Positions 1 to 5,277 of a stretch of DNA of 5,277 nucleotides are shown one piece after another. This DNA comes from Candidatus Saganbacteria bacterium (GTDB taxonomy: Bacteria > Margulisbacteria > WOR-1 > JAKLHX01), in NCBI GenBank assembly GCA_026387835.1, contig JAPLKZ010000007.1, forward strand, positions 1 to 5,277. The letters run 5' to 3'. The position numbers and the translations under genes are program-made. Positions within the stretch are counted from its first letter, which is position 1. Each line of letters starts with the position of its first letter. The notes beneath the pieces are model-generated. The model was not told the origin of the DNA, did not search any database, and saw nothing but the letters and a program-made list of their open reading frames with translations.

Positions 1-10
1 CCTTCGACTC

Positions 11-46
11 GCCCCTCGACCCTTCGACAGGCTCAAGGCTCGGGGC
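11..46. repeat. Short GC-rich hairpin repeat (intergenic palindromic-like)
   Basis: GCCCC(11-15)/GGGGC(42-46) enclosing CCTT(21-24)/AAGG(35-38), within CCCCTCGACCCTTCGACAGGCTCAAGGCTCGGGG. Related units occur at 5190-5244. Confidence 0.6.
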
Positions 47-59
47 TCGCTCAGGACAA

Positions 60-131
<72 letters not shown>

Positions 132-132
<1 letters not shown>

Positions 133-152
133 AAATTTGCGGAGCAAATTTT
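132..152 (+). terminator. Putative tRNA-Lys terminator or AT-rich hairpin
   Basis: Perfect 9-bp inverted repeat AAAATTTGC-GGA-GCAAATTTT directly after the tRNA, with the descending arm ending in TTTT. The stem is AT-rich, so its strength is uncertain; it could also be a dispersed palindrome. Confidence 0.45.
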
Positions 153-280
153 CCCTCATTCTTATCCTCATCCTTCCGGAAAAGCAGGCCTTTATTTAGA
201 ATGTGTTGCAAATCAGAGAGCCCTTTTCAGGTTGACTATTATTCCGGATAATGAGAAAATCTTTGCGGAGGAGAATGTTA

Positions 281-862
281 ATGGACAAACCCGTTGTTCT
301 GGTGGTTGATGACGAAAAAGACGCGAGAGACACCATTTCCGAGGTCCTTTCAAAAGAATGCGAGGTTGATACAGCCGACGGGGGCAAGGCCGCGCTTTCA
401 AAATTAAATGAAAAGAAATACCACATCGTTCTTCTTGATATCAGAATGCCTGAAATGGACGGAATGGAAGTGCTTAAAAAGATAAAGGGACAATATAGCG
501 GCCCGAACAAGATCGAGATCATCATGCTGACAGCCTTTGATGAGGCAAAACTGGCGTGGGAAGCCTCAAAGCTCGGCGCGTCTGACTTTATCACAAAGCC
601 GTTCAGGAATGAAGACCTTATCTTCAGGGTCAAACTGGCGGCAAAGAGGAAAATGGACGACGATCTTTTTCTGCAAAAGGTCATGCTCGCCAATCATATC
701 TTTGTCGACAGCTCAAAAGAAGATCCTATTTTTGCCAGGAGAAAGCTCATTCTTGATGCGCTTTACAACAAGAACAACCAGGATATTGACAAAGTGAAGC
801 TCGAAGACCTGGAAGCGATACGCGGCGGAAAATGGGACAATATAGAACCGGAAAAAATCTGA
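281..862 (+). CDS. Stand-alone response regulator (CheY-like REC domain with ~70-aa tail, no recognisable DNA-binding domain)
   Basis: VLVVDDEKD acidic pair, phospho-acceptor D53 in VLLDIRMPEMDG (codon 437-439), conserved T in IIMLTAFDE, conserved K in FITKPFRNEDL. The start at 281 is preferred over the 251 start of the supplied ORF because GGAGGAG lies just upstream (267-273) and MDKPVVLVVDD begins the domain. Confidence 0.93.
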   Translation: MDKPVVLVVDDEKDARDTISEVLSKECEVDTADGGKAALSKLNEKKYHIVLLDIRMPEMDGMEVLKKIKGQYSGPNKIEIIMLTAFDEAKLAWEASKLGASDFITKPFRNEDLIFRVKLAAKRKMDDDLFLQKVMLANHIFVDSSKEDPIFARRKLILDALYNKNNQDIDKVKLEDLEAIRGGKWDNIEPEKI

Positions 863-867
863 TTTTT

Positions 868-2895
868 CTAGATGGACGGGAAAGTCATCTTGAAAGCCGT
901 CCCTTTCCCAATTTGAGACGATACTTCTATCTTTCCCTTATGGTCTATTATATTTCTATGCGCGATGGATAAGCCGAGGCCTGTCCCTTCGGCCCTTGTG
1001 GTATAGAAAGGCTCAAAGATATGGTCAACCTGTTCCTTCGTCATTCCTGACCCCGTGTCCGCTATCTCAATTTCAACATTGTTTTCACTATCAAATGATC
1101 TCGCCTTTAAAACCCCGTCTTTTCCCGTAAAATCAAGAGAGTTCTGCATTATATTAAAGAACGCTTCGGAAAGCATGACGGGATTTGCCATTATCTTATT
1201 TTTCGCATCCAATTCCTTTTCAACTTTTATACTTTTATCCTTGATACGCCCTTCCAGCATCGATAAAGTATCTTCAATGACCTTGTTGATATCGGTCGTT
1301 TCCATCTCTTCAGATTTGGCCTTCGCGAACTTGAGCATGCGGTTGATTATAGATAGTATCCTGTCTATTTGTTCAGGCATCATTCTCGCATAGTTAGATA
1401 CATATTCTTTGTCGTCAATTCTTTCAAGAACTGTCTCGGATTTTGACCGGAGTACAGTCATCGGATTCCTGATCTCATGGGCGAGTCCCGCTGCAAGAGT
1501 ACCAAGCGCAGCCAATCTAGCGTTATCTTCCGCGGCTTTCTGAGCGATCTTAACTTTTTCCTGCTCGGTGGCAAGATCGACCTTTACCCGCTCGTATGGT
1601 TTTATACGCTCGATCACGACCGCTATCTGTGGAGCAATGACTTTCAAAGCGTCTAACTCTTCATCCCTGAAAGCATCTTCCGAAAGCTTTTTGCCGACGT
1701 ATAGCAGAGATATAAGCTCGCCTTTAAACAAACACGGGACAATATACTCGATATCTTTTTTCTTTTCTTCATCTTTCAATTCTTCCGGCAGTTCATCAAA
1801 AACAGCAGGCTTTTTATTTTTGGAATAATACTCTGCCTCTTTACCGGACAGATCGCCCTTCTGTCGAACGTCCAGCATTTTCAATTCCATTTTTTCAACT
1901 CTTGCCTCTTCCAGAACAGCTTTCAGATCTTCCATTCCAGCAACATACGATAATTTTTCGGAAAAGTAGGCTATGGTGTCGGTAAAATCGTACTTTCCTT
2001 TCAAGAATAATTTGTCCGATGAAGTTTGGATAAACATGCGGAGTCGCTCGAAAGCAAAGCCGACAAAGACACCGTAAGCGACTGTCATCGACAAAAAGCC
2101 GATATCAATATTCGGTGAAACGAAATATCTATAGGGTATTGCGAATGCAAAATAAAACAACCCTAATATTATCATCGTCAGCCCGTAGGCAATGGATTTG
2201 CTGATGATAACCGAAATGTCCATAAGGCGGGTTTTGGTGATGGCGTAGGCGATTATTGAAACTAAAACAAGGGAATTATAAGGTCCAATCCATATATAAC
2301 GATAATTCCCTGCCAGAATCAGATATAAATTAAAATATGTTCCAACAATACTTGTAAGTAAAGTGGCAAGAAAAATATAGCTCAACTGCGTTTTTTGTAT
2401 TCCTTTGGATTCTGTGGTTGATATAAATATTCTGTACAAACCTATTAGCACATAACTTGAGAAATATATAGCGAACAAAGGATATAAATAACCCAATATA
2501 CTTTCTTTTCCCCACGAACGAACAATAATTTCTCTAATAAATGCATCAGGAATAAAAACCCCTACTAGAATTAACAAATTTGGCAAATGTAAAGCAATCT
2601 TTTTAAAATTATTCAGCTTATATCCTGTTAAAACTAGGGAAAAATGCAGAAAAGTGCTGGCAATGAAGCCTGACGTGAAAATAAACTCTCTGTTCCAAAA
2701 CAGTGAAAGCGTCGTATTTTCACTTATCCCAAACATGAATATCCCAAGAGTCCACAAACCAACAGATAATGTCGAATAACCAAATATTCTGGTGCTTTCT
2801 TTCAGGGGGGCCCTGAAAAGTAATATGTAAGCCAAAATCACATCAAAAGCAAACGCTATAAAAAGAAAAATATTTATAAGAGTATTTGAAGTCAT
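868..2895 (-). CDS. Membrane sensor histidine kinase: N-terminal multi-TM (7TM-type) sensor, GAF-like region, HisKA and HATPase_c
   Basis: About 8-9 hydrophobic helices in aa 1-285, GAF-like segment at aa ~310-430, H-box LAAGLAHEIRNPM (His473, codon 1477-1479), N-box LSEAFFNIMQNSLDF, G1 IADTGSGM, F-box FEPFYTT, G2 GTGLGLSIAH. Confidence 0.95.
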   Translation of the reverse strand: MTSNTLINIFLFIAFAFDVILAYILLFRAPLKESTRIFGYSTLSVGLWTLGIFMFGISENTTLSLFWNREFIFTSGFIASTFLHFSLVLTGYKLNNFKKIALHLPNLLILVGVFIPDAFIREIIVRSWGKESILGYLYPLFAIYFSSYVLIGLYRIFISTTESKGIQKTQLSYIFLATLLTSIVGTYFNLYLILAGNYRYIWIGPYNSLVLVSIIAYAITKTRLMDISVIISKSIAYGLTMIILGLFYFAFAIPYRYFVSPNIDIGFLSMTVAYGVFVGFAFERLRMFIQTSSDKLFLKGKYDFTDTIAYFSEKLSYVAGMEDLKAVLEEARVEKMELKMLDVRQKGDLSGKEAEYYSKNKKPAVFDELPEELKDEEKKKDIEYIVPCLFKGELISLLYVGKKLSEDAFRDEELDALKVIAPQIAVVIERIKPYERVKVDLATEQEKVKIAQKAAEDNARLAALGTLAAGLAHEIRNPMTVLRSKSETVLERIDDKEYVSNYARMMPEQIDRILSIINRMLKFAKAKSEEMETTDINKVIEDTLSMLEGRIKDKSIKVEKELDAKNKIMANPVMLSEAFFNIMQNSLDFTGKDGVLKARSFDSENNVEIEIADTGSGMTKEQVDHIFEPFYTTRAEGTGLGLSIAHRNIIDHKGKIEVSSQIGKGTAFKMTFPSI

Positions 2896-3923
2896 GGCTT
2901 CTTAATTACCAGGAAAATATTCATCTGAGTTTCTTTTTCAAATTCGATCTCGATCGATTTGTTGATTAAGTTCTCGGTAAGTTTTAACATATCTTCCTTA
3001 GACCGGCGGTAGATATACCATTCCCCGAGTATTTCCGTATATGCTATAAAGCTATCTTTGTCAGAAACATTGCCTATTACCAGCTCGTCGCCTTCATTTA
3101 TTTTGCCAAATAATACCTCTATCATTTTTGATGCAATTTTATTGTTGAAATAATCTATAAGGCCGGAACAATATATTAGATTCTGGTTGTCCAGAACCCG
3201 ATCTATTTTTCCGCTCTTTAAAAGTGTTCTTATATCCGAATTGATGTAATTAACTCTGAACTTCTTGCCAGTTTTACCCTCAGCAATATAAACTTGATTT
3301 TTAACGTACTCGAGAGACTGGTTTTCAAAATCCAAACAGGAAAATACTGCCTTTTCCGCGAGAGGGTTTTCTTTTAAAATTTCAATTAACTCTATAGCTG
3401 GCCCAGATGCGATGCTGGCAATTTTGGCATCCGGTTTTATTTTTAGGATATTATTGATGTGTTCTTTGTAGAAATCTTTTCTGTTACGATTCGCTATTGC
3501 GGTCGGAACTCTCATCGAATACCTATGGATGAATTTTCCGTAGGTTGTATCTCCTTCGTAGCCGTTATCATACAAATAGAGCATTGTGATATAATCGCCC
3601 GCATAACCTAGAGGCTTTTCGTAAACCCGTTTATTATAAGGAGAAACATCAAAAAGCTTAACAAGTTCCTCCTGAAAATATTTTTGATGTTCTTTCGCTG
3701 CTTCCAAGGGCAGGTTGTTGTATATTTCCCAAATATTGGCAAAAAGATTGTCGATATTTTTAAATATTCCGTCTTTGTTTTTTTCGATTAAATATATCTG
3801 CTGTTGAATGGTTGGAGAGGTCTTGTCAAAAGCGTCAAATTTCTGTTTGACAGGCAATAAAAGTGATTTTAGTTTCAAAGTGTCATCAACAAAATTTTGG
3901 TCGAGAATTAATGTTTTATCCAT
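2892..3923 (-). CDS. Class I SAM-dependent methyltransferase, PhcB-like (3-hydroxypalmitic acid methyl ester synthase family)
   Basis: Family-like signature NKRVYEKPLGYAGDYITMLYLYDN..YEGDTTYGKFIHRY....AIANRNRKDF, followed by SAM-binding motif I-like IASIASGPAIELI and LDFENQSLEYV. GGGGGA lies upstream of the ATG, inside the previous gene. Confidence 0.8.
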   Translation of the reverse strand: MDKTLILDQNFVDDTLKLKSLLLPVKQKFDAFDKTSPTIQQQIYLIEKNKDGIFKNIDNLFANIWEIYNNLPLEAAKEHQKYFQEELVKLFDVSPYNKRVYEKPLGYAGDYITMLYLYDNGYEGDTTYGKFIHRYSMRVPTAIANRNRKDFYKEHINNILKIKPDAKIASIASGPAIELIEILKENPLAEKAVFSCLDFENQSLEYVKNQVYIAEGKTGKKFRVNYINSDIRTLLKSGKIDRVLDNQNLIYCSGLIDYFNNKIASKMIEVLFGKINEGDELVIGNVSDKDSFIAYTEILGEWYIYRRSKEDMLKLTENLINKSIEIEFEKETQMNIFLVIKKP

Positions 3924-5072
3924 TTAATTTCCCCCAAATACTCTATTAAAATCAACAGTATTAATGGATTGTTTGACATTTCTGAAACTTGCCATCCGTA
4001 TCCCTGCCTTTTCCATCTCATCCCACAATTTAAGCACATAACTTTCGGAGATGCGGTTGACATGGTCCTCATTGTATTCTCTCATCCAACAGAGCAGAAG
4101 AAGCTCCGCAAAGCAGCTGTAAACCTCGTTCTCTTTTCTTAGACCGAAATCACAGTTTACATTCAATCCGTCAACTTCGGCCACTCCCGATTCAATAACG
4201 ATAACATCTTCACGCTCATAAGGCACTTTAACCGAAACATTTCTTGGCTGTGCGGCGTCGATAATTATTGATTTTGTTTTAAGATGTTTCGATCTCACTA
4301 TCACGCCGGGAGTATTTGTCACTGTTAACACAATATCGGCATTTTTGATATCGCTGATATCAAAAGAAACCACGATATTTTTGTTGCCGCTTTTCTTTTT
4401 AAGTTCCTCGCCCAGCGTTTTTACGTCTTCTTTGTTCTTGTCAATTAAAGTTATGTCGGAGAAGTATTTTAACAGAAGTTTACTGCTCATTGAACCGACA
4501 AAACCGGCGGCACCCACGACAGCCAATTTAACTTTTTCTTTATCCAATCCGGCTAAGTCCGCAGCCTTAATAACGTTTTTTGCGGCGATTACAGCCGAGA
4601 AAGCGTCGCCATTTGTTATGGACATTTTAACTTTACCTTGCAGATATGCTCCGTGATCTGTAACGATTGGTACAAACGCACCAAGACCTAACAGCTTAGC
4701 ATCAAGCTTTTCGGAAAATTTTGCCGCTTTCAATATCTTTGTTCTGGCTCTTTTTTCGTTTAAAAGCATCATCCGGGTGGAAAGCGAACAAAAAACCACC
4801 CATCCGTCAACCGTGCGTCCGTCTCTGCCTTTATAACCTGTGATCTTAGATAATATTACCGGAGGATGAAGCTTGCTTATGCCTTTTAAGAACCATTTCG
4901 GAGCATTATTGGCGAACGGATACTTCCTTGCGATATCGGGAAGAAGCTCAATCGGATGGGCCAAAAAGACATATTCACCTTTACCGATTAATGCCCTTAT
5001 AAACGATTTTGGTAAAAACGGGATTAGGATGTCCCTAATCGTTAGAAGTATTTGCTTTGTATTTTCTATCAT
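3924..5072 (-). CDS. Long-chain acyl-ACP/acyl-CoA reductase-like protein (cyanobacterial AAR-like, Rossmann/shikimate dehydrogenase-like fold)
   Basis: Collinear with recalled Synechococcus AAR: LLGLGAFVPIV vs ISALGGFTSII, TNGDAFSAVIAAKNV vs TTGNTHTAYVICRQV, LAVVGAAGFVGS vs VAVVGATGDIGS, IIIDAAQPRNVSVKV vs VLIDGGYPKNLGSKV, VYSCFAELLLL vs MFACFAEAMLL. The nucleotide-binding GxxGxxG (G187/G190/G193) and a Cys320 matching the thioester-forming cysteine are present. Confidence 0.78.
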   Translation of the reverse strand: MIENTKQILLTIRDILIPFLPKSFIRALIGKGEYVFLAHPIELLPDIARKYPFANNAPKWFLKGISKLHPPVILSKITGYKGRDGRTVDGWVVFCSLSTRMMLLNEKRARTKILKAAKFSEKLDAKLLGLGAFVPIVTDHGAYLQGKVKMSITNGDAFSAVIAAKNVIKAADLAGLDKEKVKLAVVGAAGFVGSMSSKLLLKYFSDITLIDKNKEDVKTLGEELKKKSGNKNIVVSFDISDIKNADIVLTVTNTPGVIVRSKHLKTKSIIIDAAQPRNVSVKVPYEREDVIVIESGVAEVDGLNVNCDFGLRKENEVYSCFAELLLLCWMREYNEDHVNRISESYVLKLWDEMEKAGIRMASFRNVKQSINTVDFNRVFGGN

Positions 5073-5091
5073 ATAATAATATTTTGTTTAT

Positions 5092-5120
5092 ATTATACTC
5101 ATAAATACCGCGATTGTCAT
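5092..5120 (-). promoter_or_regulatory. Candidate sigma70-type promoter of the three-gene operon
   Basis: On the - strand: -35 ATGACA (5120-5115), 17-bp spacer, -10 TATAAT (5097-5092). Matches are 5/6 and 6/6 at optimal spacing, about 20 bp upstream of the first ATG (5072). Confidence 0.65.
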
Positions 5121-5189
5121 TAAAATATTGCCTGACGATTGCCATTTTATGCCAAATATTACATAATTCATATAATCATGAAAAACAAC

Positions 5190-5219
5190 CCCCTCGGCTC
5201 GCATAAGTTCGCTCGGGGC
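5190..5219. repeat. GC-rich hairpin repeat unit A
   Basis: CCCCTCGGCTCGCATAAGTTCGCTCGGGGC. It shares CCCCTCG and TTCGCTCGGGGC with the unit at 5224-5244. Confidence 0.6.
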
Positions 5220-5223
5220 GATC

Positions 5224-5244
5224 CCCCTCGACTTCGCTCGGGGC
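5224..5244. repeat. GC-rich hairpin repeat unit B
   Basis: CCCCTCGACTTCGCTCGGGGC. CCTCGA/TCGGGG can pair with one G-T wobble around CTTCGC. Related to the repeat at 11-46. Confidence 0.6.
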
Positions 5245-5247
5245 AAG

Positions 5248-5266
5248 CCTGCTTGGCGCAGGTTTT
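5248..5266 (+). terminator. Weak terminator-like hairpin
   Basis: CCTGC-TTGGC-GCAGG (5-bp perfect stem) followed by TTTT. The segment is also a 13-nt copy of the tRNA-Lys 3' end, so its function is ambiguous. Confidence 0.3.
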
Positions 5267-5277
5267 CTTGGTCGCGA

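Noticed and set aside
1-59. CRISPR-like array from repeated CTCGAC/CTCGGGG motifs
   Set aside because: No regular repeat-spacer periodicity; the units are variable hairpins, not CRISPR repeats.
174-202. Possible promoter TTCCGG-17-TAGAAT for the regulator
   Set aside because: The -35 matches only at two bases; not strong enough to list as a feature.
232-260. Possible promoter TTGACT-17-GAAAAT for the regulator
   Set aside because: The predicted transcript start would fall inside the ribosome-binding site at about 267, making it implausible.
251-280. Upstream ATG at 251 as the response regulator start
   Set aside because: Adds MRKSLRRRML before the domain and includes the strong GGAGGAG RBS as coding; the ATG at 281 is a better fit.
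213-401. 62-aa ORF
   Set aside because: Short, overlaps the regulator gene in another frame, with no recognisable motif.
196-693. 165-aa ORF on the - strand
   Set aside because: Antisense to the well-supported response regulator; low-complexity Ser/Phe-rich translation typical of a shadow ORF.
537-797. 86-aa + strand ORF
   Set aside because: Nested out of frame inside the regulator gene; composition is frame-shadow-like.
1055-1393. 112-aa + strand ORF
   Set aside because: Antisense to conserved kinase motifs; Ser/Leu/Ile-rich shadow translation.
1568-1828. 86-aa + strand ORF
   Set aside because: Antisense to the GAF/linker part of the kinase, with a Ser/Phe-rich tail.
2330-2515. 61-aa + strand ORF
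   Set aside because: Antisense to the transmembrane region of the kinase; no independent support.
4345-4656. 103-aa + strand ORF
   Set aside because: Antisense to the conserved Rossmann region of the reductase-like gene.
4873-5076. 67-aa + strand ORF
   Set aside because: Antisense to the N-terminus of the reductase-like gene; no motif or clear RBS support.

Overview
The window holds tRNA-Lys(CTT) (60-132) and a compact four-gene locus, flanked at both window ends by short GC-rich hairpin repeats. On the + strand is a stand-alone response regulator (281-862). Convergent to it on the - strand, with 5 bp between the stop codons, is a tightly packed three-gene operon. In transcription order the operon encodes (1) a protein resembling cyanobacterial long-chain acyl-ACP reductase (AAR) (5072-3924), (2) a class I SAM-dependent methyltransferase resembling PhcB, the 3-OH-PAME autoinducer synthase family (3923-2892), and (3) a multi-TM/GAF sensor histidine kinase (2895-868). 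Gene 1 stop directly abuts gene 2 start (TAA|ATG), and gene 2 stop overlaps gene 3 start (ATGA). The main hypothesis is an undescribed fatty-acyl-derived signalling (quorum-sensing-like) module: acyl reductase plus methyltransferase as signal-making enzymes, with a membrane kinase and regulator as sensor and relay. The assignments come from motif recognition and recalled family sequences; no database search was run.
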